Below, one piece after another: positions 50,923 to 61,467 of a stretch of DNA of 64,000 nucleotides. The first letter of the stretch is position 1; the number at the start of each line of letters is the position of its first letter. The stretch is taken from the NCBI GenBank assembly GCA_029953675.1, contig JAMWBK010000005.1:2604001-2668000 (forward strand), written 5' to 3'. This stretch comes from Rhodosorus marinus CCMP1338. Taxonomy: Eukaryota; Plantae; Rhodophyta. The position numbers and the translations under genes were made by a program. The notes beneath the pieces were generated by a model. The model had not been told where the DNA came from. It made no database searches and saw nothing but the letters and a program-made list of their open reading frames with translations.

Positions 50923-51858
50923 ATGCCTATATTTACAATTATCGGGAGGCTCTCTGATGGATTGACGTTGACGCAGTCGATGGCGAGCCAGTCGGATCCG
51001 TATCGAAAAGAAGTGCAGGAATACGAAAGACAGGCCAAGAAGCTTTTGATGAGCTCCGCTCATGAAGAACAGAAATCGCCTCTGTACAATCAAAACTCGT
51101 CACAGCCCGCACCATACGTGACCGCAGAGGCCGGTGACCAGTTTTGTTTTCACTATACCAGCGCAAATGGTGTATGCTTTCTTACCCTCACGGAGAAGAA
51201 CTATCCTCGGAGGTATCGAAATAATCAAGGCTCTATTGCTCATACGTTAGGAATACTCACTCGTCCTTTGTTTTTCCTTTCCCGCCACCTCAATGCAGAC
51301 TGGCTTATGATTACTTGGACGAGCTGAGGAATGAGTTTCTTTCTGTGTACCGCAATCAAATAGCTTCAGCATCTCGGCCGTACGAATTCATCCGCTTCGG
51401 TAAGACTCTTGAACACATGTGGCGTACTGAATCGTGTTGCTGGGAGGCTTACCAGTTACGTCTTCCGCAGACTCGTTCATCCAGAAAACGAAGAAATTGT
51501 ATACCGATTCTAGAACAGAAAGAAACCTTGAGAAATTGAACAGCGACCTTCGCGATGTACATTCTATTATGACAAAAAATATCAACCAGATCATCACACG
51601 AGGAGAAAACCTGCAAAGTAAGTTCTACGCCAAACCACCAACACGTCACTACGGAAACCAGGGCTAAGAGGTCAATCGCTCATTGTCCACCTAGACGTGA
51701 CAGAGAAGTCCTCACGCCTGGGCTTCGAGGCACAAAGCTACGCGAAACAAGCTGCTCATGCGAACAGAATGAGGTTATTTCGGCAATACGCTCCTGGAGT
51801 TGGCGTTTTCATCCTTGTGTTGATACTGCTCTACTTCTTCGTAATCAGAGGTAGATGA
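50923..51858 (+). CDS. SEC22: SEC22 longin R-SNARE, 4 exons
   Basis: IIGRLSDGLTL, CFLTLTEKNYPR/LAYDYLDELRNEF, SRPYEFIRF/DSFIQKTKKLY, DVHSIMTKNINQIITRGE, C-terminal TM. Confidence 0.95.
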
Positions 51859-53334
51859 AACGTGCTACATCTTAATCGACTAATTGCTCTCAATGAAATC
51901 AACGCCTTGTCGACCCGATTGCCTGAGCAAACAGCTTCACGGACAGTCAGCTTGTTCATGGAAGTTGGTTCTAAAACCAATGGGCAGCTTGGAAATCTCA
52001 CTGCGACAACGAATCTTTAGATACTATGGTCCGGATACCGTAGACTACTATGCTCTTGACCTGTTCACATATTTGACAGGTTCCACGAGGCAACTGAAGC
52101 GCGGACACTTCTCCATCCGGCATTCATTTGGTGCGGGCTTTTGGTTCTCTGCGGATGTGATCATCGGATATGCCTGTTCACCTGATTCAGTTTGGGATCT
52201 TAGGCTAAGCAGTCATCAGAAGTTTTCCTGCTGGACTGTGCCTTGTTTGACCAACTATGTTCCCACGGCTTCAAGTGCTTACGGTTGGGTGAGCGTTCAA
52301 CATGTCAAAAATCCTGCCGGGCGGATTTGATCGATGCAGTATTCGAAGCTCGGTATCGTCGTCGCTGCCTACGGTGGCAGTACAAGAGATCTTCCCATAT
52401 GCACGACATTATTTTGGGGAGCGGGTGAGGCTGGGTAGAATAAAAAAACGAACCACCGGACTCTCTCTGTTAATCAGCGGACTTAGTCAAATATCTTCCG
52501 CCATGGCCTGGTGCGGACACAATCTGCACGAATCGGGATACAAGCTAATACGAGGATGAAAAAGCCGGATTCTGTATTGCAAGCCTGCAGCGAGCGCTGA
52601 ACTCGATATGGCATAAAACAACCAGCCGAGAAGCATTACTAGAGCACGACGTCCCAAACAATCAATCCCTCGACAACAACAGGTAAATGATTGAGTCCTT
52701 ATGACCAACTCTATCAATATCAGATTTCATCGTATCCTCTCATCCTGATAAAGTTTTTACTAAAATTCTTGATCAACAGCAAAGATATAGACTAGTACGG
52801 CTCTAATTTAAAGATCTTCTATCACAGAATATGCTGTAAAAACGCCTTAATTCTACGAAATATCATGAGCTAATCTAGTTTGGAGAAAATACCCCTTAAT
52901 TTAAGGAAAATCTTGCATGAGCTCATTTTATTTAAATATGAAGTATTGGAGGGCTTCTATAAAGTGGAGATTTGAAGGATTTTGATCTAACTGGAGAATG
53001 TATTGGAAATTCAGCTCTATTTGAGGAGTGGTGGAGGAACGTGCGATTTGTAAATGGACAAATGTTCATTTGGTGAGGGGGAAGGTGATGTCTATGTGTG
53101 AGGAGGATGAAAGGTTGTTTGTGAGGGTGTCGGGTAGTTAGGGTTCTTGAACATTCCGCGGAAGAGAATATTGTTCAAGGCGGTTGTTGCAATAGATGAA
53201 GAAGGTGGAATTTGAAACGAAGGATTTCGGAGTTGTTTTTGGGTTTCTGGGGACGTTTTGGGGATAAGGTTTAGTGTCTGGGGTTTCGCTGGGTTGGAGC
53301 TTGCGGTAGTTTTTCTTGAGCAAGGGCAGGCAAG

Positions 53335-56162
53335 ATGGGGTTTCCCAGCAGACGGAAGGTGCGGATCCTGGTTGGGGTCGTCGTGGGATCGTCCGGGGTG
53401 GTTGGTATTGCGGTTATGAGGAAGATGTTGAAGAAGATGCTTCGAGAACAGAAGAAACTGGCTGGGGGCGGTAGAGGTGATGGCAAGTGTTCCGAGGAAA
53501 GTGAAAAGCTGAGGATAACTTGGTCTTCCATTTCTCATTTCTTGTGTGCGTTTATTTCTTCTCGTTCGCTATGTAGTGTCGAAAAGAGATCCTAAAAAGG
53601 ACACGCCAAAGATTGATGGGCAGTTTGCAGATCGTTTGAAAGAAATCCTGCAGATCTGTGTTCCCAGTATAGGATCACGAGAGGGTCTTATCATTCTGGC
53701 GCAGTCATTGTGCCTGCTATTCCGGACGTAAACGAGTCGATGCCACGCGCCGGTTCCAAAAGTGGTCGACTCCCTGCTGATAAGGCGCTACTGTACTTTT
53801 TTTAAAACTTATGCGTAGGTTATTGACCGATCTGATGGCCAAAGTAGAGGGACAATGTGCCGAGTCGGTGACGACTATGAACTGGGCAGGGTTCGCTAGG
53901 GCCCTAGTGAAGTTTGCGATCATCTCCGCACCTGCGTCGATCGTGAACGCCGCGCTGAAAATGTTCCAGGCTTTGATGGGTCTCTCATTTAGATGGCGGC
54001 TTTCACACTTCCTCCATACAAAGTACATGACAAACAGGTAAGGGATATTGACAAAGGCTGACCATGCCTTTCAAAGGGCAGCTATTGAACAGTCACGAGC
54101 GGGATGACTCCTGTCTATGACTTTCGGTGTTCATGGGCGCTTGGGTCTAAGGTGGATCAACCTCGTTTCACATGAGTAGGGCCTACTACCGAGCAAATGT
54201 CTTGAGCGGACTGACCAATGCTGACCAGCGAATCACCGAGGATGTGGAGAAGTTTTGCACTGTTTTCGCGGAGCTGTTCTCGTACACGTTCAAACCGATA
54301 CTTGATATAATTATTTTCACGAGGTCGATCTCCAAAGTCATCGGATGGCGTGGACAAGCGACTCTCTATGGGTATTTCATAATCTGTTCCATGTTTTTGA
54401 GGGGAATTTCGCCACCATTGGGGCTAATGACTGCACAAGTATGCACGCATTCAATGATTCAGTAATATGACCACACTAGAGCAACCCATTGTATTCACTT
54501 CTTTCATTATCTGCTTCCCGAAAAAGGAATCTTCGCTCTCCGGAAACCTACGCACTGCACACGCCCGCGTTAAGGCGAACGCGGAAGAAATCGCGTTCAA
54601 CGACCCTCCCGGTGGAGATGCAGAACGCCGGTCTTTGGACTCTTGGCTGAAGAAGCTTCTCAGACACATGACGCTCTCCTCTTTCCAGAGATTTGTCCAG
54701 GCGTGTGCGGACGGTAAGAACCTGCCCCCGCTGTTCTCGCAAATAGTGGCTAACGCTTTTTCTCGATCACTCGTCAGGATATTTCGTAAAGTACACCGCG
54801 AGCATTATAGGGCTGGGAATATTCGCCCTTCCCTTCTACCTTGACCCGAATCGAAGAGGAGGAAAGAACCTGACAAATGAATACATACAGACTATTAAGC
54901 TGATGATGAATACTTCCGCTGCTATCGGGCAGTTGGTTTTGGCCTACAAGAGAATATTGCAGCTATCAGGGCACACAGCACGGGTGTATGAACTCCTTGA
55001 ACAGGTGCGTATTCAAGATCGCATCTACCGAGCTGCCGAGCTCTTCAGTCCTAACAGCGTTTTGCCTCTCACAGATTCGACAAATGAGCTCAAGGCAAGC
55101 AACACCATTTGCAAACAAGGATGGTAGGATGGAAACCCTTTTTCTGAGCTAGTGTTCTTCTGTAGAACAGAGTTTCTCATGCAAATCTCTTCCTTTCGTA
55201 GGCGTGGCTTCAAATGGAGAGAACGGCGCCTCTCTTGAATTAGCCCTTCCGCAACCACAACTATTGGATGGCCCAGTCATAGATTTCGAGAATGTGACAA
55301 TCCATACTCCAGACAGGACTCTGCTTGTGAAGGGGCTGACGTTTTCGGTCATGAAGGGGAAATCAGTGATCGTTCTCGGTAAGATTTCCACGTGGCGTGT
55401 TTCGATAGGGGAGTCACTTTCGAGTCTGAATCGATTTGCGATTTTTGTTTACGATTCGCAGGGCCGAACGGGTCTGGAAAGTCCTCTCTCTTCAGGACTT
55501 TGGCAGAGCTCTGGCCGCTAGAGTCGGGCTCAGTTACAAGGCCGCGAAGGGAACATATTTATTTCCTCTCTCAGGTGAGCATTTATGCGGTTGCTTCTGT
55601 TTTTACCCATTAGGGCTTCCCGCTTTGACAATTTTCATGTCCATGGATAACAGAAACCCTACATTTACGACGGAACTCTCCGAGAACAGCTGCTATACCC
55701 TTGGCTTCTGAGGAACGCAAGGGATGAAGAGCTAAGGGACTGTCTTGAGAAAGTGGGTATCGGGTATCTGCTGGAACGCTACGGGTGGAATGCTGCAGAG
55801 CGCTGGGACAGCTTGCTGAGCGGTGGTGAACGTCAACGCTTGGCGATGGCAAGGCTTCTTTATCACAAGCCGGACTTCGCAGTTCTTGATGAATGCACGA
55901 GTGCAGTGAGCGCGGATGGAGAGCGCGAGCTCTACGAGGTAACGTCATGAAAGTCGATGAGCTCATTGTGCCTGACCCCACAAACACCACTTACCCGTTT
56001 CTGTCCCGCTTGATCCAGGTGTGCGCAAAATCCGGTATCACCATGTTTTCCATTGCACATAGACCAGCTGTTAAGAAATACCATCAGGCGGCGATTGAAT
56101 TTGACGGGAATCAGTCATGGAAGTATGTGACTTTGAACAGCGACGGAGAGGGTGCCGAGTAG
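53335..56162 (+). CDS. Peroxisomal ABC half-transporter, ABCD (PMP70/PXA-like), multi-exon
   Basis: [21 protein letters not shown] (EAA motif), Walker [50 protein letters not shown]. Confidence 0.95.
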
Positions 56163-56799
56163 CCGCGGCGTGGCTTCGCGTTTATGTATTCGAATAATCG
56201 ACAAACCGTTGAACGAACTGCGAAAAACTGTCGCCGTTTGGAATGCTTGGTTGAGTTTTCTGTTTCCGGCAACTTTTTCATCAGAGAAAAAAAATGAACA
56301 GACACGAACACTTGAAAGGATAGAGAGTTCTTCGTCTCTCCCGGAGTGGAAGTCGGCAGTTTTCCTTGAAGCGTCGTCGCTATCTTACGCCGCTCGCTGA
56401 CATGAATTTGAATACAGCCAAATGTTTTCATTCTGTCTGATGGTTCTAGAGAACAACATTGTAGGTCCCCACGTTGACGTACATCTTATTCCAGCCGAAG
56501 GTCACCGGGTTGGAGAGAAAATAGAGGAAAAGAAAAGCAGGCCAAGCCTTCTCTTGCCTCCGTTCTTTTTCTCACCGTCATAGTGCACAAGGCTTGCCGT
56601 TTCGCACCCAAGGTGTATATGGCTTGTAAGAACTGCTTACTACACGTTTGCTATTGTCTTCATTGCTACACATTTAGCTCCTGTAGCACCTGGTCCCGAA
56701 GACTATAACTGAGAGGTTTTAGCGACAGATCTCAACAATGGACATGCTGGTTCGGGAGTCTTAACAATTGATCTCCTCGCCTAAAGACAAGGAATAGAT

Positions 56800-57740
56800 T
56801 GCCGAACCCGGAGGTGCTTGACGACTACTGAACGTCCAGGCGTTCGTTGCGTCACTCCGAGGCTGTCTACACGGACGACTACGGAGTATTGGACGAGGCA
56901 CGCCAATCGGTGCGTTACGCCAAGCCGTTTCCTGAAAGGTCATACCCGAACGTGGTTCCAAGGGCTCCCGAAGGACCGAGCGGATGGATTGCCCGTACAC
57001 GCTGTGCTCTTTTGCTGCAATCGAAGCGGCGTTAACAATTTAATTTCAGCCAAACCACTACACCCAACGCGTTAGGCGACATCGGCCGCCGTGCAGACTA
57101 CCTGGATGGACTGTCCATGCACTGGATGACGAGGTCTCCGCGGAGTTTCGCGCGTTCGATGCGGTCCGTTGGTTGACACTGCGTTGTTAACGCGGCTTCG
57201 AACACAGCCAAAGGGCTCTGGGTTGTCGTCAAGCGTTCTGCATCCGTCTATGACATGGCGTTGGGTGCCCGGGCTGGAGCCGTTGGGTCAGCCGTCAGGC
57301 GAATCTTTAAACCGTATTTTATCCCGCTCCGCTACGGGTAGGGGGATCATGTCCCGGAATACTTTCGGAAATTCGTTCCCGAGTGCGCGGCCGAATTCCT
57401 GTTCGCCGACAGATTCCTGCGCCTCTTCTGCCTCCTCATCCGTGTCTATTACCGTAATCGCTCCTAGTCGTCCTGATGGCCATAAATCTGCACAAGGGGA
57501 CTCCGACTCGGTGGTATCATTCCCTTCTCCCCGAGATCCCGAATTTCTCCATATCGGCGTTCTGCATCCGTCCGTGACATGGGGTACCACCCCAGTGCTG
57601 AGCAGCGGCTATCTTCTCCGGATCGGGCCACCGGTCCTCGGCCCAGCTTCGCGTAGGCCAGATTTCAAACGGGTCGGAGCTGCTCCAGTCGCCCTCGCGG
57701 TGACCGTCTTCCCCATCCTATCCCTCTCCGGACACAAAAA
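56800..57740. mobile_element. Scrambled Ty3/gypsy debris (gag-like and pol-start fragments on both strands)
   Basis: Plus strand: FLKGHTRTWFQGL and SFAAIEAALT*FQPNHY (gag-like). Minus strand: AVFEAALTTQCQPTD..RAKL (homologous gag piece) and EFPKVFRDMIPLP..RDKIRF / TAPARAPNAMS (start of pol RT-like). Confidence 0.6.
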
Positions 57741-58806
57741 AAACCACTATGCCACAGCCAGAGAGATTTCCTCAGAACATCTTCTCATCAGAATGTCCCA
57801 TCTTTCTGTCCCGTCCCGCAAATGGCATCGGGACAATCACCTTCCGTTCGCAGCCAACAAACAAGAAGATGCTTACAATTATGATCTTGGTTGAAATTTT
57901 ATACTCTAATTCATGAATACAAAGTAGCCAATGAAAACGCTCTTTCTTGTCCTTTCTTCTAAATATTATCCCCAAAAAATGTTGCGCACTTTATTTGCAA
58001 GTGATGGAAATATATAAGGTTATTTCAACAAAATAAATATTGAAAAATAAAACTAAAAACAATATACAAGCATCACGAAAAAAACTTGATGAAAAGAAGG
58101 AACTCCACCCCCACCCCCCTCTCCCTGCAGCATATCTATTTGTGTCTCAATATGTTACCAATAGTTTCAAATATACTACTTCTGTTTTGAAACATGAGCC
58201 ACATCCTTAGGGTAGGGAAAGGGGAAAACACATTCACAACAATTATGGACCAAAAAATTTACCCAAATATTACAAAAGAATCTAAATCAAATCCTAAACA
58301 GATCATAATTTACGTAACAAGAACTAGAAACCTGCTTATTTGTCGCGAAAACCACAGCTTATTACCTAAAATACAAATTCGTCCAACATTTACGACTACT
58401 AGGGACACGTGGTAATTCCTCATCGAATCAAAATTACATCCTTTCCATTTATGATATATATTCACCATTTTGGATCCTGTATAATATAAAAATCACATGC
58501 ATTCCGAAAAATGAAATATTTCTTCCTTTTTTCCACTTCAAGTTTTTTCAAATATGTATTTAATAAATAATATGGGTGCAAAAGGTAGGAAATTTCTATG
58601 TTTTTAAGTTATAAAAGCGCCTTTGGCTTTTTTTGTTTGGAAATTCGAGGGTTTTGGAGGGTGTATAGATTTTTTTACTGTGTTTCTAATGTGCTGGGAA
58701 TTTTCTATTGTCAGGGGTATAAATAGAGCATGGATTGTACTTGGGATGGAATGGTTGGGAAGGTGTAGAAGGGAACGAGGAGGTCTCATGAGGACTGAGG
58801 AGGACT

Positions 58807-59966
58807 GAGGAGGTTTGAGGAGGTTTGAGGAGGTTTGAGGAGGTTTGAGGAGGTTTGAGGAGGTTTGAGGAGGTTTGAGGAGGTTTGAGGAGGTTTGAGG
58901 AGGTTTGAGGAGGTTTGAGGAGGTTTGAGGAGGTTTGAGGAGGTTTGAGGAGGTTTGAGGAGGTTTGAGGAGGTTTGAGGAGGTTTGAGGAGGTTTGAGG
59001 AGGTTTGAGGAGGTTTGAGGAGGTTTGAGGAGGTTTGAGGAGGTTTGAGGAGGTTTGAGGAGGTTTGAGGAGGTTTGAGGAGGTTTGAGGAGGTTTGAGG
59101 AGGTTTGAGGAGGTTTGAGGAGGTTTGAGGAGGTTTGAGGAGGTTTGAGGAGGTTTGAGGAGGTTTGAGGAGGTTTGAGGAGGTTTGAGGAGGTTTGAGG
59201 AGGTTTGAGGAGGTTTGAGGAGGTTTGAGGAGGTTTGAGGAGGTTTGAGGAGGTTTGAGGAGGTTTGAGGAGGTTTGAGGAGGTTTGAGGAGGTTTGAGG
59301 AGGTTTGAGGAGGTTTGAGGAGGTTTGAGGAGGTTTGAGGAGGTTTGAGGAGGTTTGAGGAGGTTTGAGGAGGTTTGAGGAGGTTTGAGGAGGTTTGAGG
59401 AGGTTTGAGGAGGTTTGAGGAGGTTTGAGGAGGTTTGAGGAGGTTTGAGGAGGTTTGAGGAGGTTTGAGGAGGTTTGAGGAGGTTTGAGGAGGTTTGAGG
59501 AGGTTTGAGGAGGTTTGAGGAGGTTTGAGGAGGTTTGAGGAGGTTTGAGGAGGTTTGAGGAGGTTTGAGGAGGTTTGAGGAGGTTTGAGGAGGTTTGAGG
59601 AGGTTTGAGGAGGTTTGAGGAGGTTTGAGGAGGTTTGAGGAGGTTTGAGGAGGTTTGAGGAGGTTTGAGGAGGTTTGAGGAGGTTTGAGGAGGTTTGAGG
59701 AGGTTTGAGGAGGTTTGAGGAGGTTTGAGGAGGTTTGAGGAGGTTTGAGGAGGTTTGAGGAGGTTTGAGGAGGTTTGAGGAGGTTTGAGGAGGTTTGAGG
59801 AGGTTTGAGGAGGTTTGAGGAGGTTTGAGGAGGTTTGAGGAGGTTTGAGGAGGTTTGAGGAGGTTTGAGGAGGTTTGAGGAGGTTTGAGGAGGTTTGAGG
59901 AGGTTTGAGGAGGTTTGAGGAGGTTTGAGGAGGTTTGAGGAGGTTTGAGGAGGTTTGAGGAGGTTT
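58807..59966. repeat. Perfect minisatellite (GAGGAGGTTT) x116
   Basis: Uninterrupted 10-bp unit over 1160 bp, read directly. Confidence 0.99.
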
Positions 59967-60150
59967 GAGAAGGTTTGAGAAGGTTTGAGGAGGGTTGGGG
60001 AGGATTGGAGAGGATTGGGGAGGGTTGTGGAGGGTTGTGGAGGGTTGTGGAGGGTTGTGGAGGGTTGTGGAGGGTTGTGGAGGGTTGTGGAGGGTTGTGG
60101 AGGGGTTGAGGAGGGGTTGAGGAGGGTTGTGGGAGGTTGAGGAGGTGTGG
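59967..60150. repeat. Degenerate satellite edge, including (GGAGGGTTGT) x~8
   Basis: Units shift GAGAAGGTTT > GGAGAGGATT > GGAGGGTTGT > GAGGAGGGGTT. Confidence 0.9.
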
Positions 60151-60336
60151 AGAAGTACTGAGTACGTTTTTTTTGTGTGGAGGAGTGGGGAGTGGGGGTT
60201 AGAGTTGCTTTGAAGCATTGGACGAAGCAGGAAGGACCAGGGAACAGCAAAAGGAAGGGGGTTTGGTTTAGTTGTTGTGGGCGTGGACAGGTTGAAAACG
60301 TATTTGTTGAAGTTTCGGGTTGGATGATGAGCGAGA

Positions 60337-61104
60337 ATGGGAAAGGAGGAGAAGTTGCGTAGGCTTGAACTGGAGCCTGGAGAGGTGGATGACGAGGATT
60401 TAGAATATCAGTTCGAGTCTTTGCTGGAGGAGGCGAGTGAGTCTGAGAGTCACCGGGAGCAAAATGGAGAGGAGTTTCGTAGACGGCTGGAGGTGTTCAG
60501 GCTGTGGTGGTTTGTTTTGTTATTTATAGCTTTTTTTGCTTGGGGTTTTGTGAAGCCGAAGGATAATTCGAGTATAGAATGGCTGCATGGAATCGCGCAT
60601 GGAGCCGGTAGGGTGGTGGTTTTGTGTATTGGAATTGTTCTCTTTTCCGCTTCCAAATTCTCTCTGCAGAAACTAGGAGCTGAAGCTCTTGGATTCATAC
60701 ATGGAACAGTTGGAAGCGTCTTCGCCGTAGTTGGTCTGGGCTTTCATGCGGCTCCCTGGATATACCTTGTAGCCATCAAAGACTATGAAATGCAAGGATC
60801 CCTTTGGTCTACGCAGGGTTTTCCAAACGCGACGCAGATGGTGGTTACCGGAAGCCTCTTGACGTTGATGGTGTTATTCTTGCTTATCTCCACAAGAGAG
60901 AGGATTAGGAAGGGAGGCAAACGACGCGTACTATTCAAGTGGCTTCACCCAGTGCTATACGCCTCAATTGTAATGCTCTTAGTACTCCATGGGAATGCGA
61001 CGTCCAGAGCACTGATTATTGGACCGATTTTGACTTACGCCGTGGACAGAGTGTTGAGGGTCCTACTATCTCAAAACTATCGGCCAAAAGAGTTGGTGAT
61101 GTGA
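60337..61104 (+). CDS. Stand-alone NOX/ferric-reductase-like transmembrane (cytochrome b) domain protein, 255 aa
   Basis: About 6 TMs; IAHGAG; His pair FIH..GFH; VVTG; RERIRK..FKWLH..LVLHG; PILTYAVDRVLR. This parallels the NOX2/FRE membrane domain. The ORF stops without FAD/NADPH domains. Confidence 0.75.
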   Translation: MGKEEKLRRLELEPGEVDDEDLEYQFESLLEEASESESHREQNGEEFRRRLEVFRLWWFVLLFIAFFAWGFVKPKDNSSIEWLHGIAHGAGRVVVLCIGIVLFSASKFSLQKLGAEALGFIHGTVGSVFAVVGLGFHAAPWIYLVAIKDYEMQGSLWSTQGFPNATQMVVTGSLLTLMVLFLLISTRERIRKGGKRRVLFKWLHPVLYASIVMLLVLHGNATSRALIIGPILTYAVDRVLRVLLSQNYRPKELVM

Positions 61105-61467
61105 AAAAGGACTAGACCACAGTAAAACTTCTAACTGAGTACATGTACAATAGGACGAGCACAGCAAATGAGAAAGCAATGCGTTCGAAGAAAGATAAAA
61201 TGCCCGGCTCAAGTCTAGAAAAAAAGAATTTACACTTGCTAGACCGGCTTCTAAATTCTATAACACTTCCTGTCAAAGTTAATCTCCTACGGAGCCGCGT
61301 CCTCGCACATACCGAGATCCTAAGCGCGCGCTCCCCTGGACACGGATTGTCGATGCCGTACCGTTGCTTTTTCGAGGTTAATCTTCCATCGAGCCGCGCC
61401 CGTGCTTGCTGCAAGCCTCAGCACCAGATTCCCGTTGTATCATTCCCCACTCTCTCGCCCGTTAGTT

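Noticed and set aside
51860-52560. Possible spliced minus-strand gene downstream of SEC22
   Set aside because: There are some exon-like pieces and a GTAAG donor, but no continuous frame or family motif could be assembled.
58807-59966. True chromosome-end telomere
   Set aside because: Intact genes lie on both sides and the unit lacks a GGG run. Kept only as an interstitial satellite.
58604-60250. 548-aa and 510-aa minus-strand ORFs of (SSNLLKPPQT)n
   Set aside because: Artefact of a stop-free 10-bp repeat. The DNA units are identical, with no synonymous variation to suggest protein-level selection.
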